Assembly (NCBI GenBank): GCA_050246315.1
Contig: JBFWWG010000008.1
Coordinates: 64,001 to 128,000 of the forward strand
DNA from: Nitrospiraceae bacterium
GTDB taxonomy: Bacteria; Nitrospirota; Nitrospiria; Nitrospirales; Nitrospiraceae
Direction: 5' to 3'
DNA length: 64,000 bases
Shown: piece by piece, positions 1 through 13,060 of the stretch
Position numbering within the stretch: the stretch's first letter is position 1
Layout: each line of letters begins with the position of its first letter
Translations under genes and position numbers: made by a program
The notes under the pieces: generated by a model
Databases searched by the model: none
What the model was told of the DNA's origin: nothing
What the model saw: the letters and a program-made list of their open reading frames with translations, nothing else

Positions 1-356
1 CGATCAAGGTTATCGGGAAAGTCTCGGTTTTCCTGTCGATACAACCCCGGACGATCAAAGAACCCTGCGTGACGAACGACGACATAATCCGGACTGCGGG
101 GGCCGTCTACACGATCCTGTCGAACCAGGATACATTCGATTGTCGCGGACTCGGTCCGACCGAGAACAGGGACGTCGATCGTGCAGAGGGGAGCCCTTGA
201 AATCACGTGATTGTCTATCGAGCGGTAGCCCGGAAGCATGATCCGCACATCGTGCCCTCGCCGAGTCAGCTCATTCGAAAGGCCGGTGACCATGTCCCCT
301 AACCCGCCAGTCTTGGCGAGAGGCACCGCCTCAGATGTCACCATGAGGACTTTCAT
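1..356 (-). CDS. glgA: Glycogen synthase, N-terminal part (runs off window)
   Basis: Manual translation from ATG at 356: MKVLMVTSEAVPLAKTGGLGDMVTGL, with the KTGGLGD ADP-glucose-binding motif. Not in the ORF track because it is cut by the window edge. Confidence 0.93.
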   Translation of the reverse strand, partial: MKVLMVTSEAVPLAKTGGLGDMVTGLSNELTRRGHDVRIMLPGYRSIDNHVISRAPLCTIDVPVLGRTESATIECILVRQDRVDGPRSPDYVVVRHAGFFDRPGLYRQENRDFPDNLD

Positions 357-874
357 TGGGAGGATGGTAGACTACCAGAAGGCAGACCGCTAGTGTCAGG
401 GTGAACGGAAGTGGGAGATTCCAGTCGAGTCTTAAACAATGCTTCCCGCTGCCAGAGTTTCCCCATTGCTTGGATCTGATCCTGACCCATCGACTCGCGA
501 TACACCAGACGCTCTTGATAGAAACCCAGCATCATCTCCCGCTCCTCATAGGCCAAAAAGATGCCATCGCCCGCTACCATTGCGAGGTCCCAATTGGAGG
601 GAGACTCACCGACATTCACACGGAAGTGGGGTATCCAACTGCCATCGGATAACACGAAGAATTGGGTCGGTTGAACTGATTGATAAGTCGGCGTCCCCCA
701 CTCGAAGAGCACCGCCTGCCGCGACACTTTGTGTACCGGCAGCCCTCCAGCGGCAATGAGACGCCGCTGCTCGGCCATTGGCGGCAACCCGCTACAACTC
801 AGACCCGCAAAGTACAGAACGACAATCCAACACACCGACTGGAACCGCAGATCACGGAGTCTCTGACTGACCAT
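353..874 (-). CDS. Hypothetical exported/lipoprotein
   Basis: 173-aa ORF with a hydrophobic N-terminus ending AGLSC; its stop overlaps the glgA start (ATGA). Confidence 0.7.
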   Translation of the reverse strand: MVSQRLRDLRFQSVCWIVVLYFAGLSCSGLPPMAEQRRLIAAGGLPVHKVSRQAVLFEWGTPTYQSVQPTQFFVLSDGSWIPHFRVNVGESPSNWDLAMVAGDGIFLAYEEREMMLGFYQERLVYRESMGQDQIQAMGKLWQREALFKTRLESPTSVHPDTSGLPSGSLPSSQ

Positions 875-903
875 CCTCTGTGTTCCTCACACCGTTGAGC
901 CGC

Positions 904-1260
904 CTACAACAACCGTCTGCTCTTGGGCGCTTCAGGCTTCACCGGCTGACAAATGTCACACTGGCATGATCTGCGTAACAGCGCAAACGAATAGATCCCG
1001 CTGTCGTGACCATCGCTAAACGAAAATTTCAACCCGTATCGCCCGACAGGCTCAACGTCCTGGAGCATGATGAGGAGAGGGACATCGTCTGACTGCAATC
1101 GCCGTTCACCTGTCCATTCATCGACGCAAGCCGCACACGGACACTGTTGTCGTAGAAAACGAACGGGATAGACGCCCTGATGGCCATCGGTCCACTCGAT
1201 TCCGAGGACTCCCTTCCCCAGCCACTGCATGTCCTTTGGTTCCAGAGCAAGCGCACTCAT
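904..1260 (-). CDS. DUF971 / GBBH-like N-terminal domain protein
   Basis: IEWTDGH, LRQQCPCAAC, VGRYGL and FSDGHDSGIYSF motifs. Confidence 0.85.
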   Translation of the reverse strand: MSALALEPKDMQWLGKGVLGIEWTDGHQGVYPVRFLRQQCPCAACVDEWTGERRLQSDDVPLLIMLQDVEPVGRYGLKFSFSDGHDSGIYSFALLRRSCQCDICQPVKPEAPKSRRLL

Positions 1261-1327
1261 GACTTGGCTCCTACTTTACCGACCAGAAATCGTCGCACGA
1301 TAGTGAAGTCACCTCCGCAATCCATCA

Positions 1328-2083
1328 TCATCGCGCACGTGGCTCCCATGCATCGACCACCGGCATTTTTCTTCCCGCAACCACGGTAACGAACGTGTCG
1401 ATGGCGACTTCCAACTCAGCGCGAACCCCTCCTTCTGCCCGCAAGCGCGATACCAACGGTATCGGCAGCCTGACCGCCTGCTGCAACAGGGCAAGGGTAC
1501 CGGCTGAAAGAAGCATGCACGGAGCTGATTGTCGAGATAGACACACGGCACACACCATACCTCCGGACCGAGCCGAGAAATGGCGGCTGACCCGCTCCAA
1601 TCGCTTGCCGCAACCGGCGCAGAGATCGACCTGCGGACGAAACCCCGTTTGCCCAAGGATACGAATCTGAAAGAGGACCGCCATCATTCTTGGGTCCGGG
1701 CTCCAGTGAACGGCTTGGAGCCCGGCCTTCAGCGCCTCAAAAATTCTCGAATCCGCATCTCCTTCCGCGGTCACAGCAGCTACGACATTGACAAGCCGCG
1801 CCGCCGCGGTCATTCGATCGAGATTGTCCCTCAGCGCGAGAAACGGCTCTTCGATATCGACGTGCCTGATGCGGTACAGAGCATCGTTCGACTTTTCGAA
1901 CAGCGATACGCGGGAAACAACGAACGGTTCGAGGCCGCTCCCGAATTGACTCTTCGGCCGACGGGCTCCACGGGCCACCCCGCGAACTTTTCCTACCTGA
2001 AGGGTAAAGAACGTGACAATCCGATCGGCCTCTCCCCACCTTCGACTTTTGAGCGTGATAGCCAGGGTATCAATAAGCGGCAT
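1328..2083 (-). CDS. recO: DNA repair protein RecO
   Basis: EADRIV..GKVRGVARGARR N-terminus, CxxC..CxxC zinc finger, near era. Confidence 0.93.
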   Translation of the reverse strand: MPLIDTLAITLKSRRWGEADRIVTFFTLQVGKVRGVARGARRPKSQFGSGLEPFVVSRVSLFEKSNDALYRIRHVDIEEPFLALRDNLDRMTAAARLVNVVAAVTAEGDADSRIFEALKAGLQAVHWSPDPRMMAVLFQIRILGQTGFRPQVDLCAGCGKRLERVSRHFSARSGGMVCAVCLSRQSAPCMLLSAGTLALLQQAVRLPIPLVSRLRAEGGVRAELEVAIDTFVTVVAGRKMPVVDAWEPRAR

Positions 2084-2125
2084 CGGTCAGGTACACGCCG
2101 CCGCAAGGGCGGTAGACAGGCGGAC

Positions 2126-3592
2126 TTAGCGAAGGTAATCGATCAGGAGCGTTGCCAATGTCAAATAGATGGTGATTCCCGTGATATCGTTGGCGGTGGT
2201 CACGAAGGGGCCAGCCGCCACAGCCGGATCAACCCCGCTTCGTTTCAGAAGAATCGGCATGAACGTCGCCATGCTTGTAGAGACCAGGAACGCGACGATC
2301 AAAGACATTCCCACGACCATTCCGAGATACCCCTGTCCATGCCACGCCCAGCCGACGAGCGTTAAGAGGAGACCGCAGGCCAATCCCAACAGTATCGCGA
2401 CACGGATCTCCCGAAAGAACACTTTCCAGGCATCCGACTGCTCAATCGATCCGGTCGCCAACCCACGAATAATGAGGGTAGACGACTGAAGACCGACATT
2501 GCCGCCCATCGCCGCAATGACCGGAATGAAGCTGACCACCGCGACCACTTCTTGAATGGTATAGCGAAAATACCAGAGGATCGCACCGGACAGGAGACTA
2601 CCAAACAGATTGGTAAACAGCCAAGGAAACCGAACCTTGGCCGCCGCCATGCTGGATGACTTGGACAAGACATCCTCTTCCAACGCTCCGGCCATTTTCA
2701 ACATATCTTCTGTCGCCTCTTCCCGGATGACGTCCACCACGTCGTCAACCGTGATGATCCCGACGAGGACATGCTCCCGATCGATCACGGGGATCGCCAA
2801 GAGGTTGTAACTTGCAACTTGCCGCGCGACCTCCTCCTGGTCCATATCGACCATCACACTCATCACATCCCGCGTCATGATGTTTTTGAGCGGCGTCCCG
2901 GGAGGAACCGTCAAGAGCTGGCGCAATGACAGGACCCCAACCAAATGATCGTCCTTGTCGGTCACATAAATATAGAACACGTTCTCGGCATCGCTGGCAT
3001 GCTGGAGCCGACGAATGGCCTCTTGAGCCGTGACATCCTCCGGCAGAGAGAAAAACTCCGTCGTCATGATGCCGCCGGCTGTGTCCTTGGGATACTGGAG
3101 AATGCCGGCGACCTCGGTCGAAACGTCGGCCTTCATCAGAGCCAACGCGTCGTGGGCCCGCTCCGTGGGCAACACTCCCAGAATGTAGGCCACGTCGTCC
3201 GATTCCTGATCCTTCAATAACCAAGCGAGATCCGGCGCCTGCAGATCCGCCACTACGGCATTAATGCTGTCGGCATCGAGTTCGCTGAGGACGAGGCCGC
3301 GTTGCTTCTCCCCGCGCACCAACTCAAAGATCGTCCGCTTGTCCTTGGGCGAGGACAGGTGGCTGATCACCCGGGCAATATCCGCCGAGTGCATGCGTCC
3401 CAACATGCGGGTAAGATTCGTGATCGCCCCACGTCGCAATAACTTCTGAACGCTGGCCAGCAGCAGGGCGAACTTCGATTGTCCCCGCTCCGCACTCTCC
3501 CTGGCCTCCCTGGCCGGGGACGCGCCGAGTCCCTGTCCGGCCTGCGCCGGCGTGTCGCGGACAACGTCTTTATCGGTCGGGATCGCTGACAC
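2126..3592 (-). CDS. mgtE: Magnesium transporter MgtE
   Basis: TAGGIMTTEF CBS pair, GIITVDDVVD, MGGNVGLQ, DPAVAAGPFVTTANDI. Start placed at GTG 3592, just after the era stop. Confidence 0.93.
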   Translation of the reverse strand: MSAIPTDKDVVRDTPAQAGQGLGASPAREARESAERGQSKFALLLASVQKLLRRGAITNLTRMLGRMHSADIARVISHLSSPKDKRTIFELVRGEKQRGLVLSELDADSINAVVADLQAPDLAWLLKDQESDDVAYILGVLPTERAHDALALMKADVSTEVAGILQYPKDTAGGIMTTEFFSLPEDVTAQEAIRRLQHASDAENVFYIYVTDKDDHLVGVLSLRQLLTVPPGTPLKNIMTRDVMSVMVDMDQEEVARQVASYNLLAIPVIDREHVLVGIITVDDVVDVIREEATEDMLKMAGALEEDVLSKSSSMAAAKVRFPWLFTNLFGSLLSGAILWYFRYTIQEVVAVVSFIPVIAAMGGNVGLQSSTLIIRGLATGSIEQSDAWKVFFREIRVAILLGLACGLLLTLVGWAWHGQGYLGMVVGMSLIVAFLVSTSMATFMPILLKRSGVDPAVAAGPFVTTANDITGITIYLTLATLLIDYLR

Positions 3593-3596
3593 GATG

Positions 3597-4481
3597 CTAA
3601 TACCCCAGTTCGGCGAGCAGGCGTTCATCCTGGCGCCATTCTTCGCGTACCTTCACCCAAAGCTGAAGAAAGACTCTCATGCCGAACAGCCGCTCCATTC
3701 CCAGACGGGCGTTCGTGCCGACCCGTTTCAGACGAGCCCCCTGCTGGCCGATCAGAATACCTTTATGCGAATCCTTTTCGACCAGCACCGTCGCGACGAT
3801 CCGCGCAAGTCCCCCCTCCTCCTTGAACTCTTCGATGTCCACTGCCACCGAGTGCGGCACTTCCTCTTCAGTCTCGTGCAGGATCTGCTCGCGAATCAAT
3901 TCGGCCGCAAGCGCCCGCATGGATTGATCCGTCAACATGTCGGCCTCGTACCGAGGTTCTCCTTCCGGCAACGCTTCGACTGTGCCGGCCAGAAGTCGAT
4001 CCACTCCGTCGCCGGTCTTCGCCGAAATGGGAATCAGCGCCGTCCAGGGATAGAGACGGTTATAGGCATCCAGCAACGGCAGCAGTAGGGGCTTTCGCAC
4101 CACATCGATTTTGTTCAGCACGAGCAAGACCGGCCGGGGGTGGCCCCCAAGCACCCGACGAACCTCCTGCACCACCGGACGGTCAGAGGATGCGGATTGT
4201 CGGCCGGCATCCACCACCACATAGACAACGTCGGCCGCATCCAGCGTATCCAGCGTGGTCTGTACCATCCGAGCATTCAGGCGATCCTGCGGCCGATGCA
4301 AACCGGGTGTATCCACAAAGGCAATTTGCGCCTCCGGCAAATGCGCGACCCCTAAGATTCTGCTTCTCGTCGTTTGAGACTTGTTCGAGACGATCGCCAC
4401 CTTCTCGCCGAGCAGGCGGTTCAGCAACGTCGACTTACCGACATTCGGCCTCCCAATGATGGCGACGGTACCCGACTTCAT
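3597..4481 (-). CDS. era: GTPase Era
   Basis: GRPNVGKST, DTPG, NKID and a KH domain (KGILIG). Confidence 0.96.
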   Translation of the reverse strand: MKSGTVAIIGRPNVGKSTLLNRLLGEKVAIVSNKSQTTRSRILGVAHLPEAQIAFVDTPGLHRPQDRLNARMVQTTLDTLDAADVVYVVVDAGRQSASSDRPVVQEVRRVLGGHPRPVLLVLNKIDVVRKPLLLPLLDAYNRLYPWTALIPISAKTGDGVDRLLAGTVEALPEGEPRYEADMLTDQSMRALAAELIREQILHETEEEVPHSVAVDIEEFKEEGGLARIVATVLVEKDSHKGILIGQQGARLKRVGTNARLGMERLFGMRVFLQLWVKVREEWRQDERLLAELGY

Positions 4482-4843
4482 CGCGGCGTCACGCTCCCGG
4501 GGCCGATCGATGGGCTGGACGGCGCCAACTGATACACCGTTTCCCCCTTGCGCACGAATCCAAGTTGTTCCCGCGCCAGCTCCTCAAGCCGCTCAGGATC
4601 ATAGCGAAGCCGGTCTACTTCAAGATGCACTTCCGCATTCTTAACCTTCAATTCGCGGATCTCTCGCTCCAGTTGTTGTTCCTGGTTGAGCATCGCCCAA
4701 TATTGCGGAATCCCCATTTCATCGAAGAAAAACGAGATCACGAGCAACAGGCCCACCGCCACGGCGATGAATTTTCCCCACTCCGAGGCCCGTTGTTGGC
4801 GGTCGAGATCAGACCGCCCGCGGTTCCGCTTAATCACATGCAT
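4478..4843 (-). CDS. ftsB: Septum formation initiator FtsB/DivIC
   Basis: TM helix, coiled coil and LEELAREQLGFVRKGE; directly downstream of eno. Confidence 0.85.
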   Translation of the reverse strand: MHVIKRNRGRSDLDRQQRASEWGKFIAVAVGLLLVISFFFDEMGIPQYWAMLNQEQQLEREIRELKVKNAEVHLEVDRLRYDPERLEELAREQLGFVRKGETVYQLAPSSPSIGPGSVTPR

Positions 4844-4846
4844 GCG

Positions 4847-6220
<1,374 letters not shown>

Positions 6221-6535
6221 TTAGGTAAATATCGAATCCTCTGTAATGCCCTCCCGGCTTTGCATCCACCCATGACGACCAGCTAACTGCCGGCCATACA
6301 AACTTGGAGTCATTAAAGAGAGAGGCAATGCCTTCCCATTGCGGTATTCCTGAAATGAGCCAAACTGATCCCCACACAGCTTTAGAGTCCTGACAGAGGC
6401 TTGCCACCTGCTTGATATCTGCTGAACCACCCATAATGTCCAATTAAACAACTAGGTGCCTCCGTATAAAGAACTCACCGCCGACAAAACCATCGACCTC
6501 TAAGCTCACCCTATCCATACTAATCTTCTTCCCGA

Positions 6536-6667
6536 CTAGTGTTGCGTCCCAGAAGTTCGTTCGTGGTGAGCCTGTCGAACCATGAACGGAACGCGTTGAA
6601 AGTGGGCGCCCTTCGACACGCTCAGGGCGAACGGGTTATTACCGAAACCTACGGGAAACAACACTAG
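6536..6667. mobile_element. CTAG-ended MITE-like element with internal REP-like palindrome
   Basis: Ends CTAGTGTTGCGTCCC ... GGGAAACAACACTAG (13/15 inverted match); internal TGAGCCTGTCGAA ... TTCGACACGCTCA inverted pair. Confidence 0.65.
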
Positions 6668-6711
6668 CCTCCCACTCTCTCAAGAAGCTGGCCTCGTTCG
6701 AATCCTTTTTG

Positions 6712-6807
6712 GGGGGATGCCTAAACTCGCGTCTACTGCGCGCATGGAACGAGCACCTTCTGAGCGTGCGGGTTCTGCGAGCACACACGCGAGTTCAGGC
6801 ATCCCCC
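6712..6807. repeat. Long palindromic element
   Basis: GGGGGATGCCTAAACTCGCGT (6712-6732) vs ACGCGAGTTCAGGCATCCCCC (6787-6807): 20/21 inverted match, just downstream of gatB. Confidence 0.75.
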
Positions 6808-6819
6808 AATTCATCTCTC

Positions 6820-8250
6820 TCATCCAGCCAACTTCTCCCTCAACATTTCGTTGACCTTGGCTGGATTCGCCTTCCCGCCCGACGCCTTCATCGCTTGCCC
6901 GACCAGAAAACCCAGCACCTGTGTCTTGCCGCTCTTATACTGCGCGACCTGAGCCGGATTCTTCGCCAACACCTCGTCGAGAATCCGCCCCAGCGCTCCT
7001 TCGTCAGACACCTGTGTGAGCCCCTTCTCCTGCACGAGCTGCTCAGGTGACACCCCAGAACGATAGAGGTCCGGGAAGGTGTCTCTCGCGACCTTCAGAC
7101 TGATGACCCCGCGCTCCACCAATTGCAACAGCTCGGCTAGGCGTTCAGGTGTAACCGGGGACCGATCGGCGGACAGCCCCGACTGATTCAATTCCCGTAG
7201 CAGTTCCCCCATGACAAAGTTGCTGATCGTCTTGGGCTGGGGGAACAGTCTGACGCAGGTTTCAAAATAATCGGCCAACGCCTTGGAACCGGTCAGCACC
7301 TGCGCATCATATTCGGGCAGGCCGTAGTCCGACACGAACCGCGACTGTTTGGCCTCCGGCAATTCCGGCAGGGTCGCGCGAAGGGCCTCAATCCAGGCCG
7401 GATCGATCGTCAGGGGCAACAGATCAGGGTCTGGGAAATAGCGATAGTCGTGGGCTTCTTCCTTGCTGCGCATGACCGCCGTTTGGCCCTTCTCCAGATC
7501 CCAGAGCCGCGTTTCCTGTTGGATCGTCCCTCCCTCCTCGAGCACCTTGGCCTGCCGTTTGATCTCATATTCCATCGCATCCTTCGCAAACTTGAAAGAA
7601 TTGATGTTCTTGAGCTCCACCTTTGTTCCGTAGGCCACTTGTCCGACCGGCCGCAGAGAGAGGTTCGGCTCGCAGCGAAAACTCCCCTCCTCCATGTTCC
7701 CGTCGCACACCCCGAGATACACCAACAGGTCACGCAGCGCCTTAAGGTAGGCTACGACTTCGTCGGGCGACCGCAAGTCGGGCTCGGTGACGATCTCCAA
7801 GAGCGGTGTCCCGGCTCGATTCAGATCGATCCGGCTGGATAGGGTGCCGGTCTCGTGCACGTTCTTCCCGGCATCTTCCTCCAGATGCGCCCGCCGGATG
7901 CGCACCCGCTTGGCCGCCGCCCTGGTCCGGATGTCGAGCCAGCCGTTCGCACAAATGGGAGACTCATATTGCGAGATTTGATACCCCTTGGGCAGGTCCG
8001 GATAAAAGTAGTTCTTGCGGGCAAATCGGCTGGCGGTTTCAATAGTGCAGTTCAGGGCGAGTCCGGCCCGGATCGCCATTTCCACCGCCGCGCGGTTGAC
8101 GACCGGTAGTGAGCCGGGCAATCCGAGGCAGACCGGGCAGACCAAGGTATTGGGAGCGGCGCCGAACGTGGTACTGCACCCGCAAAACATCTTGGAGTCG
8201 GTCCGCAACTGCGCATGGACCTCAACCCCGACAACGACTTCGTAGGTCAC
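6820..8250 (-). CDS. gatB: Asp/Glu-tRNA amidotransferase subunit B
   Basis: [43 protein letters not shown]. Confidence 0.98.
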   Translation of the reverse strand: MTYEVVVGVEVHAQLRTDSKMFCGCSTTFGAAPNTLVCPVCLGLPGSLPVVNRAAVEMAIRAGLALNCTIETASRFARKNYFYPDLPKGYQISQYESPICANGWLDIRTRAAAKRVRIRRAHLEEDAGKNVHETGTLSSRIDLNRAGTPLLEIVTEPDLRSPDEVVAYLKALRDLLVYLGVCDGNMEEGSFRCEPNLSLRPVGQVAYGTKVELKNINSFKFAKDAMEYEIKRQAKVLEEGGTIQQETRLWDLEKGQTAVMRSKEEAHDYRYFPDPDLLPLTIDPAWIEALRATLPELPEAKQSRFVSDYGLPEYDAQVLTGSKALADYFETCVRLFPQPKTISNFVMGELLRELNQSGLSADRSPVTPERLAELLQLVERGVISLKVARDTFPDLYRSGVSPEQLVQEKGLTQVSDEGALGRILDEVLAKNPAQVAQYKSGKTQVLGFLVGQAMKASGGKANPAKVNEMLREKLAG

Positions 8251-8570
8251 GCGCTCCCTTTCCCTCCTTCGACCCGTTCTCGTTCACGGCGCATTGCATC
8301 CCGTCCCGCTTGAAAGGCCTCCGTCAACAACGATTTCTGGGACTCGACGAAATGCCGGCCCTTCTCGGCCACATCTTCCAAGGCTTCGCCCGCCTTTCCC
8401 GCCAGATCCCGCAATTCTCCTTCCGTCCGACGGGCATAGGTCCGCAACTGATCCCGCGTCTCCTGTCCTGAACGAGGGGCCAGAAACAAGGCCGCGACCG
8501 CGCCCATGGTCGCGCCGGTCAAGAACGCCAACAACACCGCCCCTGCTGTCGGTCCACGATCATCCGCCAT
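8247..8570 (-). CDS. YtxH domain protein
   Basis: [24 protein letters not shown] is the YtxH signature; ATG 8570 follows an AGGAGG SD. Confidence 0.85.
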   Translation of the reverse strand: MADDRGPTAGAVLLAFLTGATMGAVAALFLAPRSGQETRDQLRTYARRTEGELRDLAGKAGEALEDVAEKGRHFVESQKSLLTEAFQAGRDAMRRERERVEGGKGSA

Positions 8571-8970
8571 TGGAACTCCCTCCTTGTGAATGCAACCGAT
8601 CTTTAACCACCGATGAGGCCGCACGAAACCCGGCGACCAAACTGGCCACGTTCGAAAGCAGCGACCCACCGGACCCTCGTACCAAGTTGTGAACCTGCTG
8701 GACGGATTCACCCACCTCACCGATGGCATGCAATAGGGTCGAAGCATGGGTGACGCCATTTTGTGCCTGGTCCGTGAGTTGATTGATGTTTTCCGTCATC
8801 TTCCGCAACTCGCTCAACAGGGTCGGCAGCTCCGCATTGAGTCGAACCAACACCTGGGAGAGTTCGCGAACCGTCTCCCGTAGTTGCAGCAGCGTCGGCA
8901 CGAGAAACGCCACAAAGCCGGCGAAGGCCACAGCCGCGATGATCGCTGCGATTTCAACCCCGTTCATCAT
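8560..8970 (-). CDS. DUF948 domain protein
   Basis: N-terminal TM helix plus coiled coil, the usual partner of YtxH; GGAGG SD. Confidence 0.75.
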   Translation of the reverse strand: MMNGVEIAAIIAAVAFAGFVAFLVPTLLQLRETVRELSQVLVRLNAELPTLLSELRKMTENINQLTDQAQNGVTHASTLLHAIGEVGESVQQVHNLVRGSGGSLLSNVASLVAGFRAASSVVKDRLHSQGGSSNGG

Positions 8971-9000
8971 TCAATCCTCCATGCTGGACAGCCGGCCCCG

Positions 9001-10469
<1,469 letters not shown>

Positions 10470-10473
<4 letters not shown>

Positions 10474-10835
10474 GAGGGTTTGGCCTTGTGCACGATGCGA
10501 TTCTTGTCGTCCACGAGAATGATCCGCGGATGGTGCCGCTTGGCCTCTTCCTCGCCGTAGTACTCGTAACAGAAGATGATGATCTTATCGCCCACGACCG
10601 CCTTGCGGGCCGTCGGGCCGTTGAGCACGACCTCGCCACTGCCCCGTTTCCCCGCCATGGCATAGGTGGAGAACCGCTCCCCGTTGTTGAGGTTGGAAAT
10701 CATGATGAATTCATACGGCAAGATGCCGGCCGCTTCGAGCAGGTCTTCGTCCACCGTCAAGCTGCCTTCGTATTCCAGATTGGCGTCGGTGACCAGCACC
10801 CGATGAATCTTGGACCGCAACAATTGTCGAAACAT
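10470..10835 (-). CDS. panD: Aspartate 1-decarboxylase
   Basis: [16 protein letters not shown] (pyruvoyl cleavage site)..NGERFSTY. True start is ATG 10835. Confidence 0.92.
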
Positions 10836-10893
10836 GCGACTATCCTTTTTTTCGCGGCCGGTTCCCACACAGCCCGGCCGACGCTTCGGTTTC

Positions 10894-11187
10894 CTATCGC
10901 TCCTGAATGACCTTGGGAACGAGAAACGTTCCTCCCTCCGCCTCCGGAGCGTTGGCCGTCGCGGCCTCGGCGCCCAACGACGGTCGGACCTCGTCCTCAC
11001 GCAACGGTCCGGGCTGGTCGAGTCCCGAAGCCATGTGGTCCACGCCCTCCGTGCCGATCGTCTTGAGTTGCTCGACATACTCCAAAATCTTGCTCAATTG
11101 GCCGGAGAACAAGGCCTTCTCTTCCTCGCTTACACGAAGCCGTGCGAGTTTCGCGACATGCTCAACTTGTTCGGTCGTGATCGACAC
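10894..11187 (-). CDS. gatC: Asp/Glu-tRNA amidotransferase subunit C
   Basis: VEHVAKLARL..LREDEV..NAP..FLVPKVI. Confidence 0.95.
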   Translation of the reverse strand: MSITTEQVEHVAKLARLRVSEEEKALFSGQLSKILEYVEQLKTIGTEGVDHMASGLDQPGPLREDEVRPSLGAEAATANAPEAEGGTFLVPKVIQER

Positions 11188-11224
11188 CGTCAGGCCTCCC
11201 TTCGCCGCCTTCGCTCCTACCGGA

Positions 11225-13054
11225 TTATTCCACGGTCACGCTTTTCGCCAGATTCCGCGGCTGGTCCACATCGGCTCCGCGCAGGATCGCCACATGATAC
11301 GCCAGCAACTGCAGCGGAATCGCGAACAAAATCGGGGACAGCAGCGGATGCGTGTCCGGAACCGTAAACACGGCATCGGCCGTCATGCCCAATTCTCGCT
11401 CGCCTTCGGCCACCAACGCAATGACCGGCGCCCGCCGAGCCTTGACTTCCATGAGATTGCTCACCGTCTTCTCATAGAGCCGATCGCGCGGCGCCAGCAC
11501 CACCACGGGCATGTCCCGGTCGATCAAGGCGATCGGCCCGTGCTTCATCTCGCCGGCGGCGTATCCCTCGGCGTGAATATAGGAAATTTCTTTCAACTTG
11601 AGCGCACCTTCCAGAGCGATCGGATAGTTGATGCCTCTCCCCAGATAGAGAAAGTTGCGCTTCTTGTAAAATCGCTTGGCGATCGCCACGACCTCGGCTT
11701 CCCGCGCCAGAATCCGCTTGACCAGCGTGGGCAAGGTGACAAGTCGCTCCAGCCAGGCCTTGCCGTCGGCCTTGGACAGGACCCCCCGGACACGCCCCAG
11801 ATGCAGGGCCAACATATAGAGCGCGGTCAACTGTCCCGTGAAGGCCTTGGTGGAAGCTACCCCGATTTCAGGCCCGCAATGGGTGTAGAGGATACCGTCC
11901 GATTCGCGCGCCAGCGTGCTGCCGACGACGTTGACGATGGACACGACCCTCGCACCCTTCTGCTTGGCTTCCCGCGCCGCCGCCAGCGTATCGGCGGTCT
12001 CGCCGGATTGGGAAATGGTAATGAACAGATCGTTTTTCTCCACCAACGGATTCCGATATCGGAACTCCGACGCAATATCCACCTGCACCGGCGTCCGGAC
12101 CATTTCTTCCAACAGATATTTGCCCACCAGCCCCGCATGCCAGGACGTGCCGCAGGCGACGATCCAGATCCGGCCGACCGCAGCGAATTGCTCGTTCGTC
12201 AGACCGATATCGGGTAGATCCGCCTCGCCCTCTTCGAACGAATAGCGGCCACGCATCGTATCGAGAATCGTCTGAGGCTGCTCGTAGATCTCCTTCAACA
12301 TGAAGTGCGGAAACCCGCTCTTCTCCGCCGCCGCGGCATCCCACGTCACCTTCGTGATCTGACGGGACACCATCCGCCCCTCGCAGTCGGTCAGTGTGAT
12401 GTCGGAGGGGCCGACTTCCGCCACATCGCCTTCCTCCAGGTACAACACATCGCGGGTATGGTCGAGCATGGCCATCACGTCGGAGGCGACAAAAGAGGCG
12501 CCCGCCGACCGCCCGACCACGAGCGGGCAGCCGGAGCGGGCGGCGACAATCATGTCGGGCTCGCGTTCTGAGATCACGGCGATGGCGTAACTACCCCGGA
12601 TCTCTTTGGTCGCGGCCCGGACCGCTTCACCCAGCTTCATGCCCTTCTTGACGAACCTGTTGATGAGATGCGCAACCACCTCGGTGTCGGTCTCCGATTC
12701 AAAGCGGTACCCGTCCCGCTCCAACTGCTGGCGGAGCGGCACGTAATTTTCAATGATCCCGTTGTGCACCAACACACAGCCTTCCGAGCGATGCGGATGC
12801 GCGTTCTGTTCCGACGGCTTGCCGTGAGTGGCCCATCGTGTATGGCCGATGCCGATATGTCCGTGCAGCTCTTTGCCGAGCAGCGCCTGCTCGAGCTTCA
12901 TCAATTTGCCCACGCTGCGGCGCACCTCAATCCGTTCGCCCTGATGCACCGCCACCCCGGCCGAGTCGTATCCACGATATTCCAACCGTTTGAGCCCACC
13001 CAACAGAATCGGGACCGCGTCTTTGTCACCGATATACCCGACGATTCCGCACAT
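11225..13054 (-). CDS. glmS: Glutamine--fructose-6-phosphate aminotransferase
   Basis: MCGIVG, HTRWATHG, SQSGETAD, PRNLAKSVTVE. Confidence 0.98.
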   Translation of the reverse strand: MCGIVGYIGDKDAVPILLGGLKRLEYRGYDSAGVAVHQGERIEVRRSVGKLMKLEQALLGKELHGHIGIGHTRWATHGKPSEQNAHPHRSEGCVLVHNGIIENYVPLRQQLERDGYRFESETDTEVVAHLINRFVKKGMKLGEAVRAATKEIRGSYAIAVISEREPDMIVAARSGCPLVVGRSAGASFVASDVMAMLDHTRDVLYLEEGDVAEVGPSDITLTDCEGRMVSRQITKVTWDAAAAEKSGFPHFMLKEIYEQPQTILDTMRGRYSFEEGEADLPDIGLTNEQFAAVGRIWIVACGTSWHAGLVGKYLLEEMVRTPVQVDIASEFRYRNPLVEKNDLFITISQSGETADTLAAAREAKQKGARVVSIVNVVGSTLARESDGILYTHCGPEIGVASTKAFTGQLTALYMLALHLGRVRGVLSKADGKAWLERLVTLPTLVKRILAREAEVVAIAKRFYKKRNFLYLGRGINYPIALEGALKLKEISYIHAEGYAAGEMKHGPIALIDRDMPVVVLAPRDRLYEKTVSNLMEVKARRAPVIALVAEGERELGMTADAVFTVPDTHPLLSPILFAIPLQLLAYHVAILRGADVDQPRNLAKSVTVE

Positions 13055-13060
13055 GATGGG

